IMG/VR virus record: IMGVR_UViG_3300026094_000002
Strand: one strand, 5' to 3'
DNA: 64,000 bases
From: a virus
Lineage: Duplodnaviria > Caudoviricetes
Made by a program: the position numbers and the translations under genes
The notes under the pieces: model-generated
Told to the model about the DNA's origin: nothing
Database searches by the model: none
Seen by the model: only the letters and a program-made list of their open reading frames with translations
In this document: piece by piece, positions 25,431 to 37,800 of the stretch
Layout: every line of letters begins with the position of its first letter
Numbering within the stretch: position 1 is the first letter of the stretch

Positions 25431-28313
25431 ATGGCAGATCTTTCATTAGTTGAACTTCTCGCAGGTGGTGACCCAGACGGCTGGAAAGAGTTCTTCCCAA
25501 ACTACGAACCCAACAACGACGTTAGAGTACAAAAAGCAAGAGCAATCTCTCAAGGCATTGGTCCTCAAGAAAGGGCTCTTGCAGTTGATGAAACCCTTTC
25601 AGATAGATCAGCAGCATTCCAATCAACCCCCCTAAGTGACTCAGACGTAGAATTAACTCGGGAGGTAACAGGAGGCCGCTTAGACTTAGGAGATGTTCGC
25701 GAAGTTCCCGGGGTAATTGTAGGTGACTCTGGAACATTTCAATCTTTAGCAGAAGCAGAAGAAACTCTTGCAGAAGAAAGACAACAAGCGGACACAAGTT
25801 CTGGCGATATTGTTGATCAAGCCCAGCGTGCCCGATCTCCAAACTCTAATACACAGCGTCCTGAGTCCGGGCTAGACGCACAAAGAGACACGCTTGCCAA
25901 CGCAGTAGAAGATAGAGAAGACAGAGAAGACAGAGAGAACAGGGAGGATACTGGCGGGCAAGGACGTGGAACTGTATCAAGTGATTCGGGCGGCGTAGAA
26001 AGTACCCCAAGAACTGATGCGTTATCACAAGCAGGAATCGGAGTACAAGGACAAACACCTTTAGGAAATGAGCCCGAAGGGCAGCCAGAGACTGCGTCGG
26101 ATGATGAAGGCGATGAATCGGTCGATGATTTCCAAGGGGAGACCATAGAGCCTGATGTAGTAATTGAAAACGTTAATATTCCCGGAAATTTTGTAACAGA
26201 ACTAAAACCAAAACCAAATATATTATCAGAATTCAGCAGTTACACGTATTCGGTATCAATGTACCTGACCCGAGCAGAAGACTACCGAAATATGGTCCAA
26301 ACAGGCGAAAAAAAATTATTTAACAGTACATTATTAGTACAATCAGGGGGTATAAAAACCCCAGAAAATTCCCGACGAAACCCTTATTTTGATGTTGATT
26401 TCTATATTGATGACCTTGAAATTAATTCTTTGGTTACTGGGAAGGCCAATCAAGGAGCACATAATGCAACAACGTTGCGTTTTAGTTTAACTGAGCCTTA
26501 CGGTATTAGTTTCTTAGATCGCCTAAGGGACGCAGTAGTTGATTATAAAGGTTCAGATGAAAACCCTTTCAGTCAAATATATCTTATGGTTATACGGTTT
26601 TACGGATATGATGAAGCGGGAAATTTGGTCCGACCAGAAAACAAAGCCGAAGAAACCACTGATTCTAATGCAGTAATTGAAAAATTCATTCCATTTATAT
26701 GGAGAAATATAACATTTACTGTACAAAACCAATCTGTTGTTTATTCGTGTGAGGCAGTTTCTGTAAATCAATATGTTGGGCTTGGTCAATTGTATTCAAA
26801 AATTCCTTACAATATAGAAATTTCAGGTCAATCATTGTCTGAAATACTCAATGGAGAGACAGTTTTCTCTTCAACTGATGATACCCCCGGCCCTCCCGAC
26901 GAAGACGATGACAACGCAGGTGATCGCAAATCTCAACGTGCAGCCACACTAAAGCAAGGATTAGTAGCTGCTCTTAACAGGTATGAAAAAAGTGAGGCTG
27001 CCGAAAAAGGTGCATTACCTAATGAATATGACATTATATTGGATGAATCTTCTGGGTTGGCTAACGCAAAAATGGCTCAGTTTGATGAAGCATATTTGGC
27101 AAATTTGCCTATAGGAAATAGAACCAATCAAACACTGGCACAAAAAACAAGCAACGACAACACCCGCCGAAAATATAGTTTAATTGCAGGACAACCAATA
27201 GTCCAAGTTTTGGATTTGTTAATACGAGCCAGTACGTATATTACTGATCAGCAATTAGTTAAAATAACCGAAGATCCGGCTGTTGACAGAGGGGTTGGAC
27301 CAACAGTAGAAAAAGCAAAAAAATATGCGAGGTTGCGTGACAGTTCCCAAGGTCCAGTAGCGTGGTACAAAATCACCACGCATATTGAACCGAAAGAATA
27401 TGATCACAGACGTAATGAGCATTCTTATAAGATAACTTATATTATCTCCAGTTATCAAGTAAATGACTTGGTTAGTGAGTATTTCCCAAAAGCAAGATTC
27501 CGTGGAGTACACAAGGAGTATGATTACTGGTTTACAGGAGAGAATACCGAAGTATTGAATTTTGAACAACAATATAATTCATTGTATTATATTAGAATGG
27601 CACCACAATCTGTCTTATCAGAAGCCGGAATAGATCCGAGAACGAACCGAGAAGGTACGGTAAAGGGAACCACACAAGATACCTCTGACCAAAGCGAGGT
27701 AATGGGATCAGGAGAATCTGCCCGGCCATCAGCCGATGCTGCTAGTTCTTTGTACAGTCCCGCTGACCAAGCAACCGCAGAATTAAAAATATTGGGTGAT
27801 CCAGCATGGATTCAACAAAGTGAAATATTATATAATAATATTAAAGAAATAGATTATAACCCGTTTTTGCCTGACAATTCAGTGAATTATGATAGTCAAG
27901 AACCACTTTTTAAATTAACTTTTAATCTTCCTACTGATTATGATATTGATGGAACAGGGATTATGCCTATTAATAACTTCAACAAGAAAAATGAAGAAGG
28001 AATAGGCAATAACGAATATATCTATAGAGCAAACCGCATTGTTAATACCTTTAGTGGTGGAGTTTTTACTCAAAACATTTCAGCAACATTTATGGACGAA
28101 GCCACAAAGGAGAATCTTAACAGAGGATCTGAAATAGATAGATTAGATAATGACCGCCCCGGTGCTGATCTATTAAATAATATTATATTTCCCGGAACAC
28201 CGGCTGAGGTTGGAGAATCTAAAAATGTTGATACATTTGGACCCAGAAATGGACCATTTGGTATATCAGGAATAGATGTAACCCCGGATAACTCGGGACT
28301 AAATGATGATTAA
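25431..28313 (+). CDS. Large baseplate hub-type protein with acidic N-terminal extension
   Basis: 960 aa, between gp53-like and gp5-like genes; NILSEFSSYTY and ILGDPAWI motifs. Confidence 0.55.
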   Translation: MADLSLVELLAGGDPDGWKEFFPNYEPNNDVRVQKARAISQGIGPQERALAVDETLSDRSAAFQSTPLSDSDVELTREVTGGRLDLGDVREVPGVIVGDSGTFQSLAEAEETLAEERQQADTSSGDIVDQAQRARSPNSNTQRPESGLDAQRDTLANAVEDREDREDRENREDTGGQGRGTVSSDSGGVESTPRTDALSQAGIGVQGQTPLGNEPEGQPETASDDEGDESVDDFQGETIEPDVVIENVNIPGNFVTELKPKPNILSEFSSYTYSVSMYLTRAEDYRNMVQTGEKKLFNSTLLVQSGGIKTPENSRRNPYFDVDFYIDDLEINSLVTGKANQGAHNATTLRFSLTEPYGISFLDRLRDAVVDYKGSDENPFSQIYLMVIRFYGYDEAGNLVRPENKAEETTDSNAVIEKFIPFIWRNITFTVQNQSVVYSCEAVSVNQYVGLGQLYSKIPYNIEISGQSLSEILNGETVFSSTDDTPGPPDEDDDNAGDRKSQRAATLKQGLVAALNRYEKSEAAEKGALPNEYDIILDESSGLANAKMAQFDEAYLANLPIGNRTNQTLAQKTSNDNTRRKYSLIAGQPIVQVLDLLIRASTYITDQQLVKITEDPAVDRGVGPTVEKAKKYARLRDSSQGPVAWYKITTHIEPKEYDHRRNEHSYKITYIISSYQVNDLVSEYFPKARFRGVHKEYDYWFTGENTEVLNFEQQYNSLYYIRMAPQSVLSEAGIDPRTNREGTVKGTTQDTSDQSEVMGSGESARPSADAASSLYSPADQATAELKILGDPAWIQQSEILYNNIKEIDYNPFLPDNSVNYDSQEPLFKLTFNLPTDYDIDGTGIMPINNFNKKNEEGIGNNEYIYRANRIVNTFSGGVFTQNISATFMDEATKENLNRGSEIDRLDNDRPGADLLNNIIFPGTPAEVGESKNVDTFGPRNGPFGISGIDVTPDNSGLNDD
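25908..25952 (+). repeat. In-frame 9-nt tandem repeat (EDR x5, degenerate)
   Basis: gaagataga gaagacaga gaagacaga gagaacagg gaggatact. Confidence 0.8.
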
Positions 28314-28331
28314 TAAACAACAGAGAATTTA

Positions 28332-31052
28332 ATGGCTGAAAATATATTAAGAGGCAAAGGCAAAAGCCAAGGATACAAATTTGACAGAGGTGGTGTTGCG
28401 GTTGAATCAGGACCATACATTGGAGAAATCCGTAACAACATCGACCCACTACGTTTAGGACGTGTTAGCGTTTATATTGAAGAGTTTGCGGGTCCTGATA
28501 AAACAGATCCAGCACTATGGAGAACAGTAAGATACCTATCGCCATTTTTCGGTACAACTGAGAAAACAGGAAATGCTGAAGGCGTTGGTGACTATGAAGG
28601 CAATCAACATTCATATGGAATGTGGTTTACGCCACCTGATATAGGAACGCGTGTTTTGTGTTTCTTCCCAGCCGGAAAACACAATGATGGCTATTATATT
28701 GGTTGTATTCCAGAGCCCGGCGTTAATCATATGGTTCCCGGAATTGCTGGCTCAGACCGTGTAAATTTTGCAAATGACCAACAAGATTTGTTTGGTGGGG
28801 CGTCTCGGTTGCCCGTTACGGAAATAAACAACGAAGATCCAGCAATACTTCAAGATCCAGAATTTTATAACCAACCTAAACCCGTTCATAGTGTGGTTGC
28901 TAATCAACTATTTCAACAGGGGCTTCTTCAAGATCGTGTAAGAGGAACAATTGGCACAACAAGTCAGCGGGAGACACCAAGTTCAGTATACGGCGTTTCA
29001 TCACCCGGTCGGCCAGTTTACCAAACACGGTTAGAAGATGCAGAAATACGACAAAAACTAGAAGATGGTGACATAAAACCAGAAGATGCAAAAGTTGTTG
29101 CACGAAAAGGTGGTCACAGTTTCATAATGGATGATGGCGATTTAGATGGTCGTGATCAAATGGTAAGAATAAGAACTGCACGAGGCCACCAAATTACTAT
29201 GAGTGATTCTGGTGATTGTTTTTATATTACACACGCGAACGGCAAAACGTGGTTAGAGTTTGGCAAGGAAGGAACAGTTGATGTTTATTCGTCAAACTCA
29301 ATTAATTTACGCACACAAGGTGATTTAAATCTCCACGCCGATGAAAATGTGAATATTAATGCAGGGAAATTTCTTAACTTAAATGCAGAGGAAACACTAA
29401 CCGCACAATCAAGCGGCTCCCTAAATATGAGTTCTAAGAATGCTATAGGGATAAGTGGTGAAAAATCTGTAGGTATTCGCTCTGGGGTTAATTTATCACT
29501 ACAATCCAGTGGTATTGGTAGTTTTGCTGCCGGTGGGCCATTATCATTACGTGGTTCAGTTGTTGGGTTAAACACATTCCCCCCTAGTCCGGTATTAAAA
29601 CCAGCACCAATTGTAAAATATCCATTATCAGAATCAAGATTTGACCCTTCACTTGGGTGGCAAGTTGAAGAAGGAAAATTAGAAACAATTGTAACACGAG
29701 CACCAACGCACGAACCATATCCTCAACACAATTTAGGGGTTGCGTTGGATACTCGTTTAAGTTCGCAGACCCCCGGGGCGTTACCAAAAGCACAACAAAA
29801 TGCAGTGGACAGTGTTAAAAATGAGCAAGTTAACGGTATTGATCTTGCAGATGCTGCTCTTCAAAATCAAGCACAAATATCTCTTGGCTCGCTGGACCCA
29901 CAGCAAGTAACAGGACTATTAGCACAAGCCGCGAAAGATACTGGGCAAAGTGTGGATGAAGTTACCGAATCTGGCATAGGAAAATTTGCATTCACGCCAG
30001 ATAAACTTGAAGAAATTGGGGTTTTAAAACCGGGATCAACTGAATTTTTCAACAATAGTGAATCAGGATTAGAAGAATTTCTACAAAATTCTCAAATCTG
30101 GACTGGAAGAGAGGGTGCAACAAGCATTGATTCACTCTTGACTAATTCGGATTTACAAGATTCAATTCAACAACAAGTTATGGGTGATAGATTTTTACAA
30201 TTGCAAGATGCTGGTCTGATAACTGGAGAGGAACCCCCTGAACAATTAGCAGCATTTGTACAAACCGCAACTAAAAAAGGCGTAGGAGTCACTAAACAAT
30301 GGATAGAAAGCTTTGGAGATGGCAATATTAGTGACACAGTAGCAGGTGCAACTGATATTATTCCTGACGGAATTCCGGGTGCACTGGGCGATATTCCTGC
30401 GGGGCTTTCTGGGACTATAGAGTCCATTGTTTCCGAATTTGATGGTCAAGACATCGCCGGTCTTACAGAGAATATCACTGGTGCATTATCCGCACAACTT
30501 GGCGACTCTGCCTCTGCAATAACTGAAAACCTATCCGGAACTATAGAATCCATTGTTTCTGGGTTTGATGGTGGAGATATTTCTGGTATTACCGAGAACA
30601 TCACAGGTGTATTATCTGATGGTATTGGTAGTTTAGATATTTCAGATAGTATTTCTGGTATTACTGATGGAATTGGTGATATAGCAGGTGATTTGGGCGG
30701 TGCTGTATCAGGGATTTCAGATGGGTTCACGTCCGCGTTAGATAGTGGAATAGAGGGAATTACAGACGGTATTGGTGATGGTATTTCGGATTTATCATCA
30801 AATATTAGTGATATTAATGTTACAGCCGCCGGTGCACAATACGCAGTTAATTTTGCAATAGAAAAAATCCCCGCAATTGGTGGTTTCTTTGGCGGTGGCG
30901 GTGCTGGTACTGGTACCAGAAGCCCATTGGTGGCAGTGAATACCTCTGATATTCCTGAGGCATTTGCACAGACAACCGATAGAATAATCACTAACAATAA
31001 AGTTCCACCATTTACAACACCTGATGACGGTGCACCGGATCAATTGGGTTAA
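28332..31052 (+). CDS. gp5: Baseplate hub / central spike protein, gp5/VgrG-like
   Basis: N-terminal OB-fold motifs (NNIDPLRLGRVSV, GMWFTPPDIG), RTARGHQITMSD and beta-helix-like repeats; followed by gp25 and gp6. Confidence 0.7.
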   Translation: MAENILRGKGKSQGYKFDRGGVAVESGPYIGEIRNNIDPLRLGRVSVYIEEFAGPDKTDPALWRTVRYLSPFFGTTEKTGNAEGVGDYEGNQHSYGMWFTPPDIGTRVLCFFPAGKHNDGYYIGCIPEPGVNHMVPGIAGSDRVNFANDQQDLFGGASRLPVTEINNEDPAILQDPEFYNQPKPVHSVVANQLFQQGLLQDRVRGTIGTTSQRETPSSVYGVSSPGRPVYQTRLEDAEIRQKLEDGDIKPEDAKVVARKGGHSFIMDDGDLDGRDQMVRIRTARGHQITMSDSGDCFYITHANGKTWLEFGKEGTVDVYSSNSINLRTQGDLNLHADENVNINAGKFLNLNAEETLTAQSSGSLNMSSKNAIGISGEKSVGIRSGVNLSLQSSGIGSFAAGGPLSLRGSVVGLNTFPPSPVLKPAPIVKYPLSESRFDPSLGWQVEEGKLETIVTRAPTHEPYPQHNLGVALDTRLSSQTPGALPKAQQNAVDSVKNEQVNGIDLADAALQNQAQISLGSLDPQQVTGLLAQAAKDTGQSVDEVTESGIGKFAFTPDKLEEIGVLKPGSTEFFNNSESGLEEFLQNSQIWTGREGATSIDSLLTNSDLQDSIQQQVMGDRFLQLQDAGLITGEEPPEQLAAFVQTATKKGVGVTKQWIESFGDGNISDTVAGATDIIPDGIPGALGDIPAGLSGTIESIVSEFDGQDIAGLTENITGALSAQLGDSASAITENLSGTIESIVSGFDGGDISGITENITGVLSDGIGSLDISDSISGITDGIGDIAGDLGGAVSGISDGFTSALDSGIEGITDGIGDGISDLSSNISDINVTAAGAQYAVNFAIEKIPAIGGFFGGGGAGTGTRSPLVAVNTSDIPEAFAQTTDRIITNNKVPPFTTPDDGAPDQLG

Positions 31053-31060
31053 ATAGTATT

Positions 31061-31435
31061 ATGGCTACTTTTCGCGGATTCACCACCAAAGAAAGATTTA
31101 AAAAGTTTTCTGAAAATGATATTGATTTAATAAAAATTGATTTATTAAATGCTTTTAACATACGCCAAGGAGAGAAGCCCGGTCGCCCAGAATATGGAAG
31201 TTCTATTTGGGCGTTTATATTTGAGCCATTAACAGATGATGTAGTTCAAAAAATAATTGAAGAAACCGAAAGGGTGGTTTCAAAAGACCCCAGACTTAGT
31301 GTTGATACCGTAAATGTTTTTACACGCGACGGTGCCGTTTTGCTTGAAATGTCACTTTTAATTAACTCAGGTGCCACTCCGCTTGATTTAGTACTTCAAT
31401 TCAACGAAAGTTCTCGCCAAGTCCAATTAGATTAA
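31061..31435 (+). CDS. gp25: Baseplate wedge protein, gp25-like
   Basis: DLLNAFNIRQGEKPGRPEYGS and DPRL motifs; TAAATA at 31050-31055. Confidence 0.85.
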   Translation: MATFRGFTTKERFKKFSENDIDLIKIDLLNAFNIRQGEKPGRPEYGSSIWAFIFEPLTDDVVQKIIEETERVVSKDPRLSVDTVNVFTRDGAVLLEMSLLINSGATPLDLVLQFNESSRQVQLD

Positions 31436-31467
31436 CTGCGGTTTTAATTTTTGCCATAAATATTTGA

Positions 31468-34400
31468 ATGGCAAAAACAACACGACAAACCTCAGTTTTT
31501 GGCGTCGAAGATTGGCGGCAAATTTATGAAACATACAGACAAGCAGACTTCCAGAGTTACGATTATGAAACTCTGAGAAAAAGCTTCGTTGATTATCTTC
31601 AACGATATTACCCAGAAAGTTTTAATGACTATGTTGAGAGTTCAGAATTTGTTGCTCTCCTTGATGTTGTTGCATTTATGGGACAATCTCTTTCCTTTAG
31701 GTCTGATCTCAATGCCAGAGAGAATTTTCTTGAAACTGCAGAGCGTCGTGACTCAGTAAACAAAGCCGCTGATCTAATTGGATACACACCAAAACGTGCG
31801 GAGTCCGCAAGTGGATTTCTAAAAGCCCAATCAATCTCAACAACCGAAACAGTACGAGATTTTGCTGGAAACAATCTTGCTGATACAGTTATTAACTGGA
31901 ATGATACAACTAATCAAAACTGGCAAGAACAATTTAATGCAATCATTAATGCCGCACTGGTCGATTCGCAGCGTATCGGCAGTCCTGCAAATAGCAAAGA
32001 GTTGTTGGGAATACGTACTGATGAATATACTGTTAATTTAGCACCGGGACTACTGCCAGTGTTTCCGTTCAATGCTTCAGTTAATGGTGTTGATACCTCG
32101 TTTGAGGCGATTTCCGCAACAAGCGTAGATGAAAACAGAATTTATGAGCCAATGCCCCGGGCAAATGGACAATTCAACCTTTTGTTCAGAAATGATGGAT
32201 TGGGGTTTGCATCTAATAATACTGGCTACTTTTTATATTTTAAACAAGGAACTCTGCGTTTTCAAGATTTTCGCGTAACAGAAAAGGTGCCCAATAGACA
32301 GATAGAAATTGATGTACGTGGAATTAATAATGAAGATGTTTGGTTAAACCAACTTGACTCCAACGGAAGGTTACAGCGTGAGTGGGAACAAGTTGAAAAT
32401 ATATATTCCAGTCGTGCACAGCGTGGACCTAATGACAGATATTACTATTCAGTAAGCAGTCGTGCAAATGACCAAATTACACTTAACTTTGGTGATGGTG
32501 TATTCTCGGAAATGCCTCTGGGATTTTTCCGCACGATATTGCGTGTAAACAATGGTCTTGATTATGTTATTAGTACAGAGGATTTACAATCAGTAACAAT
32601 ACCAATTTCGTATGTTAGCCGTACTGGTCGTAATGAGACGCTAACTCTTACACTTGCACTTGAAACCCCGGTGAGTAATGCCAGAGCAAGAGAAACACTT
32701 GATGAAATAAAGCAACGTGCTCCGGCTCGTTTTTATACACAGAACAGAATGGTAAATGGTGAAGATTACAATGTTTTTCCATTTACTCGATTTGGTAGCA
32801 TAATAAAAAGCAAAGCAGTAAATCGGAGCAGCATAGGAACTAATCGGTATCTTGATTTGCTTGATGTCACAGGGAAGTATTCTAGTACAAACATATTTGC
32901 CAGTGATGGTGCTCTTTACCGGGAACAAGGTCGTCCAAGCCTTACATTTACTTGGAACACTGTTAATGATATTGCTGATGTTATTGTAAATCGTGTTGAG
33001 CCATTGGTTTCTAGAAGATCTACAATACAATTTTATCACGATCAATTTCCGCGTCCTAATATTGCAGTGCAAGAGTTAGAGTGGAATCTTTCAACTACAA
33101 TAATAAATCAATCAACGGGATTTTTCTATTCTGAAAATATTAATCAGCCGCAAAATGTCGCTGGTTTCACCAGTAGTACACGGCGTTATATTGAGCCGGG
33201 TGCATTATTAAAGTTTGAGGCACCAACTGGATATTATTTCAACAGAGATAATCAATTAGAACTTGGTGTTCCAATAAGAAGCGATGAAAAGTCGTTTATT
33301 TGGGCAACACCGGTTGAGGTAATTGAGGATGGTGCCAACTTTGGGACAGGTAATCTTCCAGATGGCACTGGTCCAATTACGCTAAACGAAAGAATTCCAT
33401 CTGGTGCTATTATAACTGAAATAATACCAAAATTTGTTGTTGATTTTCCAGTTGATTTAGAGCAAAAAATTGTTGAACAAGTAAGACTTTTCCGTAATTT
33501 TGGCTTGGGATATGATAACAACGACAGAGAGTGGTATATCATTACCAGTAGCAATTTAGATGAAGATGCAGAGTTTAGCGTTGATAATGCAAAGTCAACT
33601 GATGGTGTTAATTCAGATGCATCTTGGTTGGTACAATTTACTGCAGATGGACAAATTTATACCGTAAAAAGTCGCTCGTTAGAATATTACTTTGCTTCTG
33701 TTCTTGAAACTCGGTTTTATTATAATGAAAATGAAACTGTTTTTGATACAAAAAATGGCACAGTGATTAATGACTTTATTAATGTATTAAAGACCAACAG
33801 CCAGCCTGATAGCCCACAACCACTTGCATTTGATAATAAGTTAGACATTATTGGGCAGCCGCAACAAAGTGATGGTTTTGTTAATGATTTTAGTGTTCTT
33901 GTCAGTTATGCAGACTCAGATTCTGATGGTATAGCAGACGATCCTGATTTCTTCCGGGAAGTTGTAAATCCAACACGAGCCCCTAACCAAAAGCTTGTTT
34001 TTCTACAAAGAATACTCGATTTTGACGATTTAGAAAGGTTACAACTGGTATCAAGTGATACTATAAACACTACCTATGCCACAAAAGATGATCTACTTGA
34101 AAATCGCCGTCGGTTAGTTAATGGACAAATTTTTTATACCACGTCAGAAAACCAATTTTGGGAATTTACAAGAACAGTAAATGGCGGTGAATTTACAGAA
34201 CGTAATGATTTCGTTGCACGAACTGGTCGTCAGGATATTGATTTCCAATACCGACATAATTCTCCAAATAGCCGCCGCATTGATCCCGGTAGCACAAATA
34301 TTATTGATTTGTATGTTATAACAAGCAGTTATAATACAGCATACAGACAATATATCAATGATAGCACTGGGCGTGTATCTGAGCCATTGCCGCCAACAAT

Positions 34401-34869
34401 TGAGCAGTTATCTCAAGATTATAGTGAATTACAAGATTTTAAAATGATATCAGACAATGTCATATTAAACAGTGCAAAATTTAAAGCACTATTCGGCGAC
34501 AAGGCTGATCCTGAACTACAGGCAACAATTAAGGTAGTTAAACAACGCAATTCCGTCGCAACTGATAGCGAAGTTAAAAGTAGGATTATTTCTGAAATGA
34601 ATAATTACTTTAGATTAGAAAATTGGGATTTTGGTGATACATTTTATTTTTCGGAATTGAGTGCATATCTTCATCAAGAATTAGGTGATTTAGCGTCAAG
34701 TATTGTACTTGTTCCGCTTGATCTTAATAAACGATTTGGTGACCTTTATGAAGTTCGCTCACAACCAGATGAAATTTTCGTAAATGCTGCAACTGTAAAT
34801 GATGTAGAAGTAGTAGATTCTCTTACATCATCCACTTTAAGAGTTTCACCAACAACAACACAAATTTAA
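31468..34869 (+). CDS. gp6: Baseplate wedge protein, gp6-like
   Basis: NDYVESSEF.ALLDVVA, ENFLETAERRDSV, FGDG and QNRMVNGEDY motifs; TAAATA at 31457-31462. Confidence 0.85.
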   Translation: MAKTTRQTSVFGVEDWRQIYETYRQADFQSYDYETLRKSFVDYLQRYYPESFNDYVESSEFVALLDVVAFMGQSLSFRSDLNARENFLETAERRDSVNKAADLIGYTPKRAESASGFLKAQSISTTETVRDFAGNNLADTVINWNDTTNQNWQEQFNAIINAALVDSQRIGSPANSKELLGIRTDEYTVNLAPGLLPVFPFNASVNGVDTSFEAISATSVDENRIYEPMPRANGQFNLLFRNDGLGFASNNTGYFLYFKQGTLRFQDFRVTEKVPNRQIEIDVRGINNEDVWLNQLDSNGRLQREWEQVENIYSSRAQRGPNDRYYYSVSSRANDQITLNFGDGVFSEMPLGFFRTILRVNNGLDYVISTEDLQSVTIPISYVSRTGRNETLTLTLALETPVSNARARETLDEIKQRAPARFYTQNRMVNGEDYNVFPFTRFGSIIKSKAVNRSSIGTNRYLDLLDVTGKYSSTNIFASDGALYREQGRPSLTFTWNTVNDIADVIVNRVEPLVSRRSTIQFYHDQFPRPNIAVQELEWNLSTTIINQSTGFFYSENINQPQNVAGFTSSTRRYIEPGALLKFEAPTGYYFNRDNQLELGVPIRSDEKSFIWATPVEVIEDGANFGTGNLPDGTGPITLNERIPSGAIITEIIPKFVVDFPVDLEQKIVEQVRLFRNFGLGYDNNDREWYIITSSNLDEDAEFSVDNAKSTDGVNSDASWLVQFTADGQIYTVKSRSLEYYFASVLETRFYYNENETVFDTKNGTVINDFINVLKTNSQPDSPQPLAFDNKLDIIGQPQQSDGFVNDFSVLVSYADSDSDGIADDPDFFREVVNPTRAPNQKLVFLQRILDFDDLERLQLVSSDTINTTYATKDDLLENRRRLVNGQIFYTTSENQFWEFTRTVNGGEFTERNDFVARTGRQDIDFQYRHNSPNSRRIDPGSTNIIDLYVITSSYNTAYRQYINDSTGRVSEPLPPTIEQLSQDYSELQDFKMISDNVILNSAKFKALFGDKADPELQATIKVVKQRNSVATDSEVKSRIISEMNNYFRLENWDFGDTFYFSELSAYLHQELGDLASSIVLVPLDLNKRFGDLYEVRSQPDEIFVNAATVNDVEVVDSLTSSTLRVSPTTTQI

Positions 34870-34870
34870 T

Positions 34871-37800
34871 ATGGCACAATTAACAAGAACAATTGATTTA
34901 TTACCTGAGATTTTTCGGACTGAGCCAAACCGAAAATTTTTGTCATCAACCCTTGACCAGTTAACTCGCAATCCAGAGTTTGAGCGTGTTCAGGGATTTA
35001 TTGGCAGAGTTAGTACGCCCGGGTATAATACATCAGACAATTATGTTGATGAACTAACCGCAGAGCGAACCAATTATCAACTTGAGCCGGGAGTAGTCTT
35101 TACAGATGAGGACTCAAGCAATGCAGAAGATGCCATCACTTACCCGGGAATGCTTGATGCTCTATCCAATAACGGTGCCGATGTATCACGCCACGACCGA
35201 CTTTTTAAGGCTGAATATTCTGCGTGGGACCCGTTCATTGATTTTGACAAATTCAGCAACTTTAATCGGTATTACTGGTTACCTGCTGGGCCAGATTCCG
35301 TAGATGTTTCTGCTACGGAAATTCCATTTACTGATAGTTTTGATGTCTCTCGCCAAGAGTCAAGTTATCAACTAGAAGGGTTGGCAGGTAACAACCCAAT
35401 TATTACGCTTGTTCGTGGTGGCAGTTATACATTTGAATTAAATCAGCCGGGAAACCCCTTTTGGATACAAACTGAACCCGGCACTTCTGGAACATTAGAT
35501 GGTGCTACTAACCGATCTTCGCGTAATGTTTTGGGTGTTGTTAATAATGGTTCAGATACTGGTACTATCACATTCAATGTTCCTGATCGTAACGAACAAA
35601 GTTTCTTTTACAATTTACAAAGTGTCGGAACAGTTGATTTAATAACAGATATTGGTTTTGATGAAATTAATAACCGCTATGTTGATGAATTTATTGACGA
35701 ATATGGTGGTATTGATGGGGTAACTGATTTCAATGGTAAGTCAGTAGTAATAACACAACCAACTGATAGCAATTCTTGGAATCAAACTACATTTTTTGAC
35801 CCTCTTGAAGAAGCAACCGAAAATAACGGCGAGATTGGATCATTTGACACGCAATCGTGGGACCAGACATCTCCTATAACAAATATTTCAGAAACCAGAA
35901 GTATTTGGAGAATTTCGGTAATAGAAGGCAATGATGGAAGATCTTATCTGTCATTAACTGCTGTTCAAGAAGTGCCTAAATTAAGCAAATTCACCGTTGA
36001 GTTTGGAGAGCAAAACGCCAACAGAAGTTTCTACCGAGATTCTGGGAATGAATTTGAAGAAATACCGCTACTTTCAGCAATAAAAGATACATTATATTAT
36101 CAAGATCAAAACAATCCAGATTTGTTTGGTCGTATACTATTGGTTGGGCAAGAGCAAAGAGGGTTGCTCGATGTCAATGATATTATTGGCAGAAAAGAAT
36201 ATACAAGTCCAAATGGCGTTGAATTTACAAATGGATTAAAAGTACAATTCCGGGGATTAGTAGTACCTGAATCATTTGCCGATAACCAGTATTATGTTGA
36301 AGGCGTTGGAACATCAATTATGTTGCTTCCAGTTGAAGATTTTATCACCCCGGAAACATACACCGATAGCGAAGCAATACGATTTGACCAATTTCCTTTT
36401 GATATTGGTAATTTTGAAGAGTCTCTTAACCAACCACAACAACCAGATTATCTGACAATCAATAGAGCAAGTCCTGATTCAAATCCGTGGACCCGCTCAA
36501 ATCGTTGGTTTCACGAGGATGTTATACGAGAAACCGCAAGATACAATAATACAAATCCAGCGATTAATAATAACCAAAAAGCCCGACGACCAATTTTAGA
36601 GTTTAGATTGGGACTGCGTCTGTTTAATTTTGGCACAAAAAACTTAGACACAGTTGATGTTATTGATTTCTCTCAAACTGATGCATTTACTAATGTGAAT
36701 GGGTCTGGTGGTTACAGTATAGACGGTGTTTCTCTGCTTGATGGAACACGGATTATTTTTGCAAATGATAATGATCGTCGTGTTAGAGACAAAATTTATG
36801 AAGTATCTTTGAGAGACCCCAATGATGATGGCGATCAGCAAGTTCTTTTAAATGAAGCAACATCAACAATTGATATTGATGATAATATAATCGTCAAGAG
36901 TGGTGCTCGCAACCAAGGAAAAAGTTTCCGATATGATGGTGATTCGTGGGTACCTGCACAACAAAAAGAAAGCATAAATCAAGCACCGCTATTTGATGTA
37001 TTTGATGAAAATGGTAATAGTTTCGGCAATCAAGAAATATATCCCGGAAGTAACTTTTCAGGGTCAAAACTTTTTTCATATGCTGTTGGAACTGGTCCCG
37101 AAGATGATATACTAGAATTCCCACTTGAATTTTTAACTATTAACAATGTAGGTGACATAGTATTCAATAACAATTTTTATACTGATACTTTTACGGCTGT
37201 AGATGGTCGTACAAGCAAAACTGTTAATGTTAAATCCGGCTATGTTCGGGAATATGACCAAACCGGTGATTATCAAAGACGCATTGGCTGGCAAAAAGCA
37301 GTCGCACCTGCTCAACAAAAACAAGTATTCCGATATGCATACCAAACAGGCAGAGATTTATCATTAGATATTCCAGTTAAACAAGACACTGACATCCCCG
37401 CAGTAAAAATTACAGCAGATTCTGAGTTTGTATCACCATCACAGTATGAGATAACAGTTAATTCTAATAATACTCTTATAAAATTTTTAGAACAACCAGA
37501 ACCCGGCACAATAATTGAAGTACGGGCATTATCAGACAAAGCATCTAGTGTTGGATTTTATGAAATTCCTGCTAACTTGGAAAGAAATTCATTTAATGAA
37601 GAATCAGCCAATGTCACATTGGGAACTATAAGAAATCATTATCAAACACTTGTACAAAATATTCCTGAACTTCGTGGTCAAATTAATGGATCAAATAACA
37701 GCCGTGATTTAGGAAACATTGTTCCTTTTGGAACAGACATTATACAGCATAGCAGTTCAATGTTACCAACTGGCGGCGTCTTGCGTTCCGGTAGAGTTGA

